Shown here: positions 27,581 through 41,921 of the stretch, one piece after another | Layout of the letters: every line of letters begins with the position of its first letter | How positions within the stretch are numbered: position 1 is the first letter of the stretch | NCBI GenBank assembly: GCA_951406725.2 | Contig: OX597824.1 | Span: 94,674,001 to 94,738,000, forward strand | Source: Octopus vulgaris | Taxonomy: Eukaryota | Length of the DNA stretch: 64,000 nucleotides | Reading direction: 5' to 3' | Notes under the pieces: generated by a model | What the model was told of the DNA's origin: nothing | Databases searched by the model: none | Seen by the model: only the letters and a program-made list of their open reading frames with translations | Made by a program: the position numbers and the translations under genes

Positions 27581-28761
27581 TATTTAGATCGTTGTTTCTT
27601 AAGCAGGGCAAAAGCATCTCCTTGGGGTTGAGTGATGTTGAAAATTCACAAGGGTGCTGTAGGAGGCCCAGGGTGTTTAGAAGGGTCGGGGAGTGGGTTA
27701 GTGATAAAATATGTAAACCAGGTACAATACTTATATATTTTTTCAAAAGAATCTTTGTTGGAATCTGAATGTGAAAAGGAGATCATTGTTATCAGTGAGC
27801 AAAAACATAAACCTGGTGGTGATGATGATGATGAACCGAGGTTAAATAGAATCTCATCATTCATAGAAATCTTTGTCTTCATTAGTAATTTCTTTTATCT
27901 TTTACTTGTTTCTCTCATTGAAACGTGGCCATGTTGGGGCACTGCTTTGAAGAGTTTAGTTCAGACCCGGCCAGCTCGAATTACATTGTGGGGCCACTTT
28001 GATCACAGAAAGTTTTTTTAAGGGCCACTTGTATACTGACAGAATTGAAAGCATTTTATTTTCTCGTGCTATTATTACAATAATGAATGAATGATCGTTG
28101 ATTGAACTTGAAGTATCATAATTGCAAAAACAGTAGAATCTTTCATTTTTACTTTTCATTACAATCCTTGATTTTTGATAAAAAAATTTTTTTTTTAATG
28201 TTTGTTTAAGTAAACCCATTTCAAGAAAGTATCAAGCGGGCCGCAAGATAAAAGTCTGTGACCCGCGGGCCTCAGGTTGTCCTGCCCTGGTTTAGTTGAA
28301 CAGATTGACCCTAGTACTTATTTTAAGTCAGGTACTTATTCTGTTAATCTCTTTTGCCGAACCACTAAGTCATGGGAGTGGGGTGTAAACCAACCGACAC
28401 TGGTTGTCAAACGGTGGTGGTAGACAAAAACACAAACACACACACATGGGCTTCCATACAGTTTCCATCAACCAAATTCACTGACAATGCTTTGATCAGC
28501 CCAGGGCTATAAAAGAAGACACGGCTTTGAAGGTTTTAGCCAAACAAAAATCAAAACCAGTTCCCATGTATTTTTCTTTTGAAGTCTGGTTATTATTCTA
28601 ATGGTGTCATTTGGTGAAGTGCTAAGTCACAAAGACACACACACAATAATTGATGAAGGAACCAGAAGATAGATTTAACACTAGTCTTTAGACAAGTTGG
28701 TATCAAAAGCTATGGTTCTCAGCTGTAAGAGAATGGTTGAGAAACACTGCTCTATATCTTA

Positions 28762-29155
28762 CACTAGCAGTATCGCCCGGCGTTACTTGGGTTTGTTTCG
28801 ACTCTTTAGAATTGGAATTTTTGAAAAGTAAGAATTTTGCATTATGTAGCTTGTTATTCTCTTGAAGTGAACATTTTTCTGGTTGAAATACACCGAAAAA
28901 TGGCAACACAGCAATAAAAAAAATCGTTAAAAAATAGGGATTTTCATAGAAATATAAGCACCTTTTTGATGTAAATAATTTTTGGTGTTAACATGGTCCA
29001 ATTTGAATTTTATCTTCTATGGAAGGAAGAGCAAGCCTTCTTCTATCATAATCTCAATTTTGGTCAACTTGTGCTGCAGGGTCTCGGAGGAGATAGTGTT
29101 AGTTGAAGGCCACCAAAAATGCCACACAGACAACTTCAGCTTTATATAGAGAGAG
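28762..29155 (+). mobile_element. Helitron/Helentron-like non-autonomous repeat
   Basis: Begins actagcagtatcgcccggcg and ends gctttatatagagag. An inverted partial copy lies at about 34440-34650. Confidence 0.5.
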
Positions 29156-30581
29156 AGATTTGTTGTTTAGTTGCACATCTGGTTGAGCGTTTGGCAAAGT
29201 GCAGGGGATGCTCGACTGTTTATTTACTTAACTGTTTATGTTGGTATTATAGTTGTTTTTTTTTGTCGTGTTTTTGTTCTGTTTATTTATTTTTTTGTCA
29301 ACCAGACCGTACCTCTCGACATCCTGGGGGTAAAAGAATGATATCAGTGAGAGAGGAAAGACAGAGAGAGTAAAACAGCTCTAATTTACTGGCTTGCCTC
29401 CTCCTCCTCCCTCTCTTCCTCTTGCTCTCTCTCTCTCTCTCTCTCTCCACCCTCTACCTCCCCCTCTTTCCACTATTACGCCTCATCTATGTGAGCGGAA
29501 ACGGGTGGTGGCAAAAGATGCTGTTATCATTCGTTGTTGTTGTTATTGTTACATATTTGTGTTTTATTTGCATTTTTGTTGTTGATGACAAGTCTCCATG
29601 TTGTTGTTGTTATTGTTCTTGTTTGTGTTTTATGCCACTGGTTTTTGTGTTTTATCGTTACCGTTACAGTAATATAATTTTTTTTTTCTGTTGATAATGG
29701 TGTCGTTTTACCGTTGTTGGAGGCACGGCCAATGTTTTGTAAACAAGAAAACCTATTAACGCTTAGAACTAGGTGCGTATGTGTTGTTGGTTGGCAGTTT
29801 TACTATGTGTGCGGCTGGTTGCACACACAGGTGCTTATTGCCATCAAGGCTATAATGTGTGTGTGGCTGGTGTTTATTGCTATTAAGATATGATAAGTGT
29901 GTGTCTATGATAATGTTGGTGTTGTTGGGAGTTTACCTCCCAGGTGAACCCAATCAAGCAAGCATATCGAAGACATTCCAATTGTGGCAATATCATCTTT
30001 TGTTCTGTGTACAAGAAGCCCAAACCAGAACTACACTATACATCGTCCTTTTCAGAGACAGTGATGTGTGAGTTGAGGGAGGTTTGGCTGCTTTTTCTAG
30101 CATACCAAGTGACTAAGTAGAACTAAAAATGTATTTTGTTATGACACTGATTGGTGAAGTGGATATAATGTTACTGCTTGAGATTGAGATTATATATATA
30201 TATATGATATATGATATAATATTTGTCAACCTGCGTAGTAGACATACAAATTTGCCCATTTCTCTAAATTGAAAAAAATAGCCTTGATCCATTTTTCTGA
30301 TATTATTGGGGTCTCATCAGTGATGTCCATATCACTTGACCAACTCCAGAGAAACAAGTTGCTAATCCATTTACATACACATCAAATCTAGTTGCTACAG
30401 TGAACTGTGGATACTAATTTGCATACCATATTAGTATTTAACACTTTATTTAATATCAGCAGCCTTACAATGCGCATCCCAGTGCACACGGTACTAAGGT
30501 ATGACATAGTATATGTATACCTACCTGCATAATAGATGTAGAGATATATCAACCTTACCTCTTTCTCTATATGTGTATGTG

Positions 30582-30612
<31 letters not shown>

Positions 30613-31611
30613 ATAAGACCATCAAGTCTTTATATTTATATTCAAGACTACGTTACATCCTTCCTTCTGCAAAGTTTATTTGAAAGAAGTTTGGTTGCTA
30701 TTACTAGCAGATCAGGTGACTGTATAGTAGCTGAGTACACAGTAGGTGCACAGCAGGTGGTGCATCAATGTTGTAATTAAATCTGGGTGTTTATTCCTGT
30801 GAGGGTGTATAATGTGTGTGTGCATGTGTCGTGATGTTGGTGGGGTGGGGTGAGGGTGAAGAGTCTATAATGAATGTAACGAATGTTCTACAATCACATT
30901 ACTGGCTTCAAATGTAAACACCACTTATTGTTTATCCCCCCGCCCACCCACGTTCATCATGCTGGCTGTGTTCCAGCCATGACCTTCTTTGATGGGTGGA
31001 TGTAGGCGTGGTTTGGGGTTCAGTCTCACTGCACAGCAATTTAAGAAAGTATCTTCAACTATAGCCCCGGACCAACCAATGCCTTGTGAGTAAATTTGGT
31101 AGATGGAAACTGTGTGGAAGCCTGTTATGTATATATATGATACCTGTGTCGGTGGTACGTAAAAAGCACCATCTGAACGTGGCTGATACCAGCACCACCT
31201 GACTGGTGTCCGTGCCGGTGACACGTAAAAAGCACCCACTACACTCATGGAGTGGTTGGCATTAGGAAGAGCATCCAGCTGTAGAAACTCTGCCGGATCA
31301 GACTGGAGCCTGGTGCAGCCTTCTGGCTTCCCAGACCCCGGTTGAACCGTCCAACCCAAGCTAGCATGGAAAGCAGATGTTAAACGATGATGATGATGAT
31401 ATATGTGTGGTGGGGCAGGCATGGTTATGTGGATAAGAAGCTTGCTTTGCAACTATGTGGTTTTGGGTTCGTACCCACTGTACAGCACTTTGGGAAAGTG
31501 TCTTCTACTATAACCCCTGACCAACCAATGCCTTGTGAGGAAATTTGGGAGAAGGAAACCAGAAACTTGTTGAATATTTAAATGTGTGTGTGTCTCTCAA
31601 ATTTTATATAC

Positions 31612-31935
31612 AAGCTTGCTTCCCAACCACATGGTTCTGGGTTCAGTCCCATTGTGTGGCACCTTGGGCAAGTGTCTTCTGCTATAGCCTTGAGCTGACC
31701 AAAGCCTTGTGAGTGGATTTGGTACACAGAAACTGAAAGAAGCCTGTCGTGTATGTGTATACATATATATATGTTGGTATGTTTACGTCCCCATAACTTA
31801 GTGGTTTGACAAAAGGGGCTGATAAAATAAGTACTAGGCTTACAAAGAATAAGTTCTGGGGTTGATTTGTTCCACTAAAGGCGGTGCTCCTGCATGGCCG
31901 CAGTCAAATGGCTGAAACAAGTAAAAGAATAAAAG
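31612..31935 (+). mobile_element. SINE family A copy
   Basis: Reverse complement of 291-696 with an internal deletion. Confidence 0.8.
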
Positions 31936-32139
31936 AACTTGTTTGTGTCTTTGTATCTGTGTTTGTTAATCCCCCACCCCACCCTCACTCCTTGACAGCC
32001 AGTGTTAGTTTGTTTACACCTACATAGGTTAAGCCGTTCAGCAAAAGAGACTTGTAGAAATGCCAGGCTTGAAGGGATAATTACTGCACTCAATTTGTTT
32101 GACCAGAAAGCCCTTCGTGGCAGTGTCCCCCAGCATGTC

Positions 32140-32580
32140 CACAGGTCAGTGGCTGAAATAAGGAAAAGGTAAAAATGAACTTAACAAAGACCCAAGTTCT
32201 AAGTTGCAGGAAAACAGACAGGACAGTGCTCCCTTCAGGTAAATGGCTCTGTTCCATATGTAGACAACACATAGGTGGGAATTCCAAACGGTGTACTCAA
32301 TACAGATTATGGACACCTAAGTGGTGCAGTGGAATCACAAGCAGGTAGAATCTGTTTGTGGCAGATGCACAGGAGCACTGAATGACCAGAGCGCCTAGGA
32401 AATAGATGTTCTGAAATGCCCAGGGGGCTCTCTCAAGTAATAGCTAGTTTCTATTATCTAGGTATCCTAATTAGCAGTGGAGGAGGATGCTCTGAAAGTA
32501 CAGTTGCTAGAACAAGAACTGGTTTGGAGAAAGTTCTGAGAACTTTTACTTCTGTTAGTAATGAAAGATAGTTTTCTCAT
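32140..32580 (+). mobile_element. Decayed RTE-clade LINE ORF fragment
   Basis: Frame-broken translation KCPGGS..ASFYYLGILISSGGGCSESTVARTRTG..KF*ELLLLL matches the 'F.YLG.....GG....V..R...W.KF.EL' region downstream of the RT core in RTE elements. Confidence 0.7.
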
Positions 32581-32895
32581 TCTCTCTCTCTCTCTCTCTC
32601 TGTTTGTCTGTCTGTCTCTCTCTGAGTGATAGGCCGATTGAACTGTCCAACCCTTGCCAGCATGGAAAAGGGGATGTTAAATGATGATTCTCATCATCTT
32701 CAGCCACTATATTTAACATCCATATTCTTCCACGCTGGTGTGTACTGGAAGGTTCCACAAGTTCCAACTCAGCTGAGAGCTGCATGGGCTGTGGCTGGGG
32801 GCCCTTCCTAACATCAACCACTCCACAAAGTGTATTGGGTGCCTTTTTTTTTTTCATGGTACCAGCCCTAGTGAGATCATCAAATAACTCCCTAA

Positions 32896-33530
32896 AGGTG
32901 GCGAGCTGGCAGAAACGTTAGCATGCCGGGCGAAATGCTTAGCGATATTTCATCTGTCTTTATGTTCTGAGTTCAAATTCCACCAAGGTTGACTTAGCCT
33001 TCCATCCTTTCAGGGGTTGATAAATTAAGTACCAGTTGCACACTGGGGTCGATGTAATTGACGTAATCCTTTTGTCTGTCCTTGTTTGTCCCCTCTATGT
33101 TTAGCCCCTTGTGGGCAATAAAGAAATAAGAAACATTAGCATGCTGGGCAAAATTCTGAGTTCACATTCTACCGAGGTCGATTTTACCTTTCATCCTTTC
33201 AGGGTCAATAAATTAAGTACCAGTTGCATACTGGGGTTGATCTAATCGACTGGTCCCCCTCCCCCAAAATTTCAGGCCTTGTGCCTAGAGTAGAAAAGAT
33301 TATTCGTTTCTAATGTAATAGCAACGAGCTGGCAGAAACACTAGCATGCTGGGCGAAATGCTTAGCAGTAATTCTTTGATTTTACGTTCTGAGTTCAAAT
33401 TCTGCCAAGATTGACTTTGCTTTTCATCCTTTCAGGGTCGATAAAATAAGTACCAGTTTCATACTGGGGTCGATCTAATTGACTGGTCCCCCTCCCCAAA
33501 AATTTCGGGCCTTGTGCCTAGAGTAGAAAA
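32896..33530 (+). mobile_element. Cluster of 3 head-to-tail SINE family B copies
   Basis: Three repeats of the family B core. Confidence 0.8.
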
Positions 33531-36500
33531 GGTCAAATAACTCCCAATTAAACCCCTTGACAGGACTACTCCAATGTTTTTTTTTTTCCTAAGGTGGCAC
33601 GTTAAAAGCACCAACCGATCGTGGCCGATGCCGGACTCCCCTGGCACCTGTGCAGGTGGCACGTAAAAATCACCCACTACACTCTCGGAGTGGTTGGCGT
33701 TAGGAAGGGCATCCAGCTGTAGAAACCCTACCAGATCAGACTGGAGCCTGGTGCAGACCCCGGTCGAACCGTCCAACCCGTGCTAGCGCGGAAAACGGAT
33801 GATGATGATGATGATTGACAAAGATGTGATGTGAGAGATTTGGTTGCTATTTCTAGCTGGCCAGATAACCTCGTTGACTTGCAGTTCATTGCTAGAACAC
33901 AAAGCCATTAATTCAATGGTGGTGGCGGCAGCAGCTGTCATCATCGTCTTCCTCTCTTCCTCCAGTCCAGTACTTTGCAACTTGGCGCCATGCAAAATAG
34001 ATCTATTTCACCATTATGAAGTCTTACAAAAAAAAAAACCCACCCAATATTTCAATCATTAATAATTCACAGATGATAATAACTCATCCGTTCTGTGGCT
34101 AATTAATTACAAAACGTTATATCCAGTATAATTAAGCATTTCTAATAATTGGCTCAGTGGGTGGGTGTAGTGTTTGCCTGGGTGTGTGTCAACTGTAAGG
34201 CTTAATCTATTTCCACACATCATATGTCTGTCTAGATATGACTGTTACTATAGAATTCTGTGTGTGTGTGTAGGTGTTTGCTTGGATTGTGAATACTTAC
34301 CTTGATTATATATATATATATATACATACAAAACTCCACTTGTGAAGACCCATTGAGACAAGTGAAAATCAAAATCAAACCAAATCAAATCAGATATCAG
34401 AAAGCAGAAAGCAGAACCAAAAATTAACACCAAAAATTATTTACATCAAGAAGGTGCTTTTTTTTCTATGAACATCCCAATTTTTTACGATTTTTTGACT
34501 GCTGTGTTGCCATTTTTCGGTGTATTTCAACCAGAAAAATGTTCACTTAAAGAGAATAACAAGCTACATAATGCAAAATTTTTACTTTTTCAAAAATTCC
34601 AATTCTAAAGGGTCGAAACAAACCTGAGCAACGCTGGGTGATACTGCTAGCATATATATAAACAAAGAGTTACAACCTCTTTACTTGTGTGATTTTTTGC
34701 TACCCTGGTAACTATTTATCTATTTTTTTCCATGTTAATTGTTAACAAGGGAAAAATACACTCATCTATATATATACATACACTCTTTTACTGGCAACTA
34801 TCTGGTGTGTATATATATATAGGTGTGTATATATATATAGGCGTGTGTATATATATGTTTAAAACACATATACACGTGTGTGTGTGTGTGTATATATATA
34901 TACACATACAAATATACGTACATGCCTCTCTGTGTGTGTGTGCGCGCGCCTGTTCACACAGACAGGTTGATGTCCAAATCTCCACTAGCCAACTTGAAAT
35001 ACATTATGTCTTACTTCTGACGTAAGACCAAAAACAGATCCAATCAAGATACCTTATCGCTATCAAACACACATTAGCAATGTTTTACCGTTTCCCTCTA
35101 TGCTTCAGCCAAGTTTCTCTTTGGTTCTTCTTTAACAGTACATTTCCAACTAATAGACTCTGCGTATGTTCTTCAGCTTTGTGTGGTGGGAGCAGTCGAT
35201 CTGGTTATTCTGCTGTGTATGTAGGTGTGTGTGTGAGTGTGTGCATCATCATCATCATCATCATTTAACATCCATTTTCCATGCTGGCATGGGTTGGACA
35301 GTTTGACAGGAGATGGTCATCTGAAGAGCTGCCCAAGATCTGGCATGCCAGGCAGCTGCATTGGGCTTTACTGTGTTTTGGCATGGGTTTTGCAGCTAGA
35401 TGCCCTTCCTAACACCAACCGCCATATAGAGTGGCCTGGGTGCTTTTTGCATGACACCAGCACTGGTGAAATCAGCTTTGACGTGGTTTTTATGGTTGAA
35501 TGCCCTCCCTAACACCTACCACTCTTACAGAGTAGACTTTCTATGTGGCACCAGCTCTGGTGGGGTTTTTACTGCTGGATGCCCTTCCTGATGCCAGCCA
35601 CCTTACAAAGTGGACTGGGTGCTTTTTATGTGGCACCAGCACCAGTGAAATCAGCTTTGGCATGACTTTTACAGCTGGATGCCCTTCCAAATGCCAACCA
35701 CCTTACAGTGTGGGCTGAATGCTTTATAGGCAAATCAAAAGTAAAAAAAAAACAACAAAAACCAATTAGACACTCAGTCAATATATTACTTTCACACTCA
35801 GTGTGTGTATACATATCATCATCATCATCGTTTAATGTCCGCTTTCCATGCTGGCATGGGTTGGACAGTTTGACTGAGGACTGATGAGCCAGAGGCTGCA
35901 CCAGGCTCAATCTGGCAAAGTTTCTATAGCTGGATGGTTTCATGTGCCACCGGCATGAGGGCCAGTCCGGCAGCACTGGCAACAGTTACTCTAATAATAA
36001 TAATAACATTGAAAAACACCTTAGAAATGAGAACCCGGGCTTGAAAATTCCCCAGGACACCCGATGAAGGCTGGAGGGTATATCAGGCGAAACGTGTTAG
36101 CAACAAACAAGATGAGGACAAACATCCATCAAATGTAAATAATCATTTGCTGTGGCCATGCTGGGGCACTGCCTTGAAGAATTTTTGTTGAATGAATTGA
36201 CCCCAGTACTTATATATATTTTTAAAGCCTGGTACTTATTCTATTGGTCTTTTTTTGCTGAACTGCTAAGTTACAGGGTCATGAACAAACCAACAGCTGT
36301 TGTCAAGCAGTAGTATGAGACAAACATAAACCCAAGGATACATACACACACGACAGGTTTTGGACAGCTGGAGGCCATAGTAGAAGAAACTTGCTCTAGG
36401 TGCCATGCAGTAGGACTGAACCCAGAACCATGTGGTTGAGAAGCAAGCTTCTTACCGCACAGTTTTTCTGTTGTTTGACTACAGCCATGCTGGGGCACCA

Positions 36501-36704
36501 AGTAAAAGGGTTTTAATCAAAGAAATTCATTATGTTGATCTCTTATTGAACTAGTAACTTACAGGGATGTAAACAGACCAATGCAGGTTATCAGATCAAG
36601 CAGACTTGCATGGACATTCCAACCATGGCTGCTCCATATAATTTCTATGTACAAAAGATTCACATTATCCAATGTATAATTCTTTTTTTTCTTTAAGATA
36701 TCTT

Positions 36705-37065
36705 TCTTTATTACCCACAAGGGGCTAAACATAGAAGGGACAAACAAGGACAGACAAATGAATTAAGTCGATTATATCGACCCCAGTGCGTAACTGGTAC
36801 TTAATTAATTGACCCCGAAAGGATGAAAGGCAAAGTCGACCTTGGCGGAATTCGAACTCAGAACGTAGCGGCAGACAAAATACCTATTTCTTTACTACCC
36901 ACAAGGGACTACACACAGAGAGAACAAACAAGGACAGGCAAACGGATTAAGTCGATTACATCGACTCCAGTGCGTAACTGGTACTTAATTTGTTGCCCCC
37001 AAAAGGATGAAAGGCAAAGTCGACCTCGGCGGAGTTTGAACTCAGAACGTAACGGCAGACGAAAT
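36705..37065 (-). mobile_element. Two tandem SINE family B copies
   Basis: Two repeats of cccacaaggg...aaggcaaagtcgacc...gcagac. Confidence 0.8.
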
Positions 37066-37619
37066 TAAGATAATAACAGGGAGTGATTTGCAAGAGATTT
37101 GGCTGTTATATCTTGCAGGTTGAGAAACCACATGGTGTCTCTCTTTTTGGCTTTAGTAAGTGAGTGAGTTGTAAGCATTATCTCACACCACCACCACCCT
37201 CACCCCTCATCTTGCCGATAAGCTTTGGGCAAATACTGAGGAATGATGTACTTTGTAAATGGTAAATAATGGCTAGACTCATCTTCAGAACAGCTGCACT
37301 ATGAGTTAGGATAGCCATTTTAGCTGTTGGCATCTCTACTGAAAGAAAGCAGAGAGGGGGGGGAACCTGTATGTGGTCACTTCACCTGCTAGAAATAGTA
37401 ACTAGACTCCCTCATATCACTCTACAACTGTGGTTCTCAAAGTGGACAGTATTGCCCCTCTGTGGGCAGTGGACAGTTCCAAAGATGGTGTTGAAGAAAA
37501 GTGGGGCCATGTTAGGGTAGCGATTCATGTGAAAATAGGGGCAATGATAGGGTGGCAATTCATGTAAAAACACAAAAAAATTGGGTCCCTTAGGTTAAGT
37601 TTTATTTGTGAAGTACTCA

Positions 37620-37960
37620 ATTTGCTTACCAACAACATGGTTCCGGGTTCAGTCCCACTGTGTGGTACCTTGGGCAAGTGTCTTCTACTATAGCTCTCGG
37701 GTCGACCAAAGCCTTGTGAGTGGATTTGGTAGACGGAAACTGAAAGAAGACTGTCGTATATATATATATATATATATATATGCATGTGTGTGCCTGTGTT
37801 TGTGCCTCCAACATTGCTTGACAACCGATGCGGTTCGGCAAAAGAGATAGATAGAATAAGTACTAGGCTTTACAAAGAATAAGTCCTGGGGTCGATTTGT
37901 TCGACTAAAGGTGGTGCTCCAGCATGGCCACAGTCAAAATGACTGAAATAAGTAAAAGAG
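37620..37960 (+). mobile_element. SINE family A copy
   Basis: Reverse complement of 291-696, slightly 5'-truncated. Confidence 0.8.
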
Positions 37961-38941
37961 TATATATGTATATGTATATATATTATATATGTCTATTAAG
38001 AACAGTGAATATTATTCAGCATTTTCTTTTCTTTCTCTCATCTCTTCCAACTACTGTCATTCACTCATTCTCTCTTTCTCTGTCCCCTCTCTTCTCAATG
38101 AATGTGTGTGTGTATACATATAATGATATGTACACACACAGGGATATAACAACCAGCCCATGCAAGCATGTAACATGGGTGTTAAATGATGATCACACAC
38201 ACACAAATAGATGAAAATACACAATAAAATAAAAATGATTATTGTAATATTTCATTTATACATGTTAAATAGTTTTTGCCTTAAATTCCAACCGGTTTTC
38301 AATCTAAAAGTTCTTCAAAAGAAAACGAGAGAAGTAGAGCTAATAAGGAGAATATTTAGAGGCGAAATTGCTGCAGGTGGATTGAGAGAAATGGTTATCA
38401 AGTTACAAGGGAAGAAATGTTCAGTAAGGAATTTAAATGAAAGGTTAGGGTTTTTAAACAATATGGTAAGAGTGATAAGTTAGGAAGTTAAGGGTTTTAA
38501 CCAATAGGTGCAGGCATGGCTGTGTGGTAAGAGGTTTGCATGCTAGCCATGTGGTTCTGGGTTCAGTCCCACTGTGTGAAGCTTTGGGCAAGTTTCTTCT
38601 ACAATAGACTTGGGCCAAGCAAGGCCTTGTGAGTGGATTTGGTAGATGGAAACTGAAAGAAGCTTGTCGTGTGTGTATATACTAGCTGAGGTACCCAGTA
38701 ACAAATTACTGTTAATAAGATGTCTGTTTATAGCCATGAAACATTTTTTGTCAAATTTCGACATTTTTAATTTAAATTTAAAATTTAAAATCTATATTAA
38801 TGGGTAGAACCAATTTGAAGAAAAAAATAATGAGCAGAGTCTGGTAATGAACCTGTTGTCATCTTTTTTGTGCACGCCTACCCAATTATAGCTGATGCCA
38901 TGCAAAAAGCACCCAGTACACTGTTAAGTGATTGACATTAA

Positions 38942-39162
38942 CCCTTTAGTGTTTAAACCGGCCCTATCAGGCCAAAATTGTCTTCCTGTTTTATTTTTAA
39001 AACGAGCCAGCTCTGACCTCTCACACCTACCCTACAAAGTCATTCTAAAAATAAACAGGGACATCATCAATATCCCAGAGTTACAAGATGCTGTACAATT
39101 AATTTAAAATAATGTGATTAAACGGGCTTTACATTTGACAGATTAATCTGAATGCTAAAGGG
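38942..39162. mobile_element. piggyBac-like MITE with TTAA TSD, nested in a family D copy
   Basis: TTAA-CCCTTTAG...CTAAAGGG-TTAA. Further copies near 54074-54272, 63408-63612 and 63630-63861. Confidence 0.8.
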
Positions 39163-39833
39163 TTAAGAAAGGCATGCAGATGTAGAAACCATGCCAAACC
39201 AGACAGAATTTGACAGAGCCTTCGGGCTCATGTGTTCTTGTCCAACCGATGCCAGCATTGGAAAAGGAATACTAGTGATAATGATAATGGCAATTATTTA
39301 TATCTGTGTATATACATTCTCTACATTATACACACAGAAATTTCTCTACACTACATCACATAAACATCTTTCTATACTCTTTGTCAGACATCCTCAACCA
39401 GTGCACCATGGCACAGAAGTGTAACATCTATGGTCTGCATATGTGCCGCTACTGGTTTTTTCGGCGGTTCTATAAAATGCCAGGATATTCCGATATTTTG
39501 CAAACCTGAGTGTTAAAGGAACCACTCTGTCGCATATGTTGGTGCCTTTGCAGCAAATTGCAATGCATGTCCCAGTCACTATGTTAAAACATTTTTGATA
39601 CTCGCTCTCGCTTCTCTGTTTCTAATCCAACCATGAAAAGCTGCCAGCTTCTCTGTTTCCGTAACACTTTTTGGTGCCTTATTTAGAGTCAAATAAAAAA
39701 CGAAGACAAGCCTCGGCTCTCTCCACCACACAAACACCTATTCCCTTCTACATACATCACACACAACTGATGTATAATTATATTGTTTTCCTCTTAAACA
39801 CTGTTTACAGATGACTTTTCTCTCTGTCTTTAG

Positions 39834-39864
39834 GCTGAGTACCTATCAGAAGAGAAGATTGGTC
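39834..39864 (+). CDS. Calmodulin-like gene, 31-nt exon (AEYLSEEKIG + first base of L)
   Basis: tctctgtctttag|GCTGAGTACCTATCAGAAGAGAAGATTGGTC|gtaagt. Size (31 nt) and phases (0/1) match the calmodulin exon encoding ADQLTEEQIA. The final C joins TG of the next exon to give Leu. Confidence 0.9.
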
Positions 39865-40283
39865 GTAAGTCTATTACTTCTTGTTCTTGCTGCTGTTGAT
39901 GATGATAATGATAATGATACTACTACCACTACTACTACTACTACTACTACTTATTCTGTCTTTTATCATTCTCTGACACATCTTTTCCTCTGCACCTCTC
40001 TCATATCTTTATTTGTTTGCTGTGCTGAATAACATCACCACTCCCTCCAACTCATTACTAACCCTACTCTTGGCCAACAACTGATTTTTGGGGTTTTTTT
40101 TCCTTAACCATCATCCCTTACATCCTTGTTATTGATTTAAGAAAAAAGCTAAATATATATATATATATATGTGGTGCCCCCTAGCAGACAGTTAATACAA
40201 GGGAGATAACCATTTCTTCATAGTATTCGGTTGGAATTTGAAATTAAGGAATAAGGTAAAAACATTGCATAGAATACAACTTC

Positions 40284-40660
40284 ACTCTTTTACTTGTTTC
40301 CATCATTTGACTGCTGCCATGCTGGAGCACTGCCTTTAGTCGAGCAAATCGACCCCAGGACTTATTCTTTGTAAGCCTAGTACTTATTCTGTTGGTCTCT
40401 TTTGCCGAACCGCTAAGTTACAGGGACGTAAACACACCACCATTGGTTATTAAACGATGTTGGGAGGACAAACACAGATACACAAATATATACACACACA
40501 TACATATATACTACAGACTTCTTTCAGTTTCTGTCTACCACATCCACTTATAAAGCTTTGGTCAGCCCGAGGCTATAGTAGAAGACACTTGCCCAAAGGG
40601 AACAATCCCGGAACAATGTGTTTGGTAAGCAAGCTACTTACCACACAGCCACTCCTGTGC
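40284..40660 (-). mobile_element. SINE family A copy
   Basis: Colinear with 291-696. Confidence 0.85.
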
Positions 40661-41449
40661 CTATCTAATTTATATTTTTTTACCTTTTATTTTATTTTTG
40701 TTGCTTACTTATTACTAAGTTCTTAAAATTTCTAGTTAGTGGTAATAACATTTAGTACCATTTCACTCTTTTTAGAAATCACCAGTATGACCTAACCTTA
40801 AAAAATAAATAAGGTCTAGAGAAGGGAATTCTTATAATAGAGATGCAAAATTACAGAGTGAGAGTGGCTCCTATTAATTTGATGGGTGATGGGGGTGATT
40901 AGTCCTTGATAGTTTAAACCAGTGGGTCTCAATTAGGGTCTATATGGCTCTTGGGGTTCCATACAAGATTTTGTCATTAACATCTGTGCTATAAATTTCT
41001 ATAATACACAAAATAATTTTAACAATTCTTTTTAATAGAATTTGTTAGAATGTTTAATTATAAAACTGTATGATTTTTTAAAACATTGATTGGCCATAAA
41101 GGTCTGATAAAGTAAAGTAAGAAACACCGATTCAGACCACGTCAAATGTATTCCAGTTTTGACATCTTGTCTTTTATTCAGCGCTATCCAATATGTCCTT
41201 TTTATATTTTAAGACAGGGTGTGATTTTGGAGCTCCGACTTCCATTGGTTGTCTGTTATAAATCCAACTTCTCTTCTTACTCCCTCTTTTTGTTGCCACC
41301 AATGATGTGGAGCTAACACCACTGCCCCCACGGGTTGTCACTTCCATTCAGCATGATGGTCATTTCCATTCCTTTAGTTTAGACCATTTATCATTCTTGT
41401 GTGTTGTCACCTGCATGGACATGTGTGTGTGTGTGTGTGTGTGTGTGTA

Positions 41450-41828
41450 TTCTTTACTCTTTTACTTGTTTCAGTCATTTGACTGCAGCCATGCTGGAGC
41501 ACCGCCTTTTTAGTCAAGCAGATCAACCCCAGGACTTATTCTTTGTAAGGCTAGTACTTATTCTATCAGCCTCTTTTTGCCGAACCACTAAGTTACAGGG
41601 ATGTAAACACGCCAGCATCGTTGTCAAGCGATGTTGGGGGGACAAACATACACATACATATATATATATATATACATACGATGGGCTTCTTTCAGTTTCC
41701 GTCTACCAAATCCACTCACAAGGCTATGGTCGGCCCGAGGCTATAGTAGAAGACATTTGCCCAAGGTCCCACTGCGTGGCACTGAACCCAGAACCATGTG
41801 GTTGGTAAGCAAGCTACATACCACACAC
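41450..41828 (-). mobile_element. SINE family A copy
   Basis: Colinear with 291-696. Confidence 0.85.
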
Positions 41829-41921
41829 ACCTATTGTGTGTGTGTTTTACTTTAACTCTTCTTCACACTCTCATTGTGTGTTTGTGTCTGTGTGTCCTTG
41901 TCTTGATATTGTCTGACAGTT

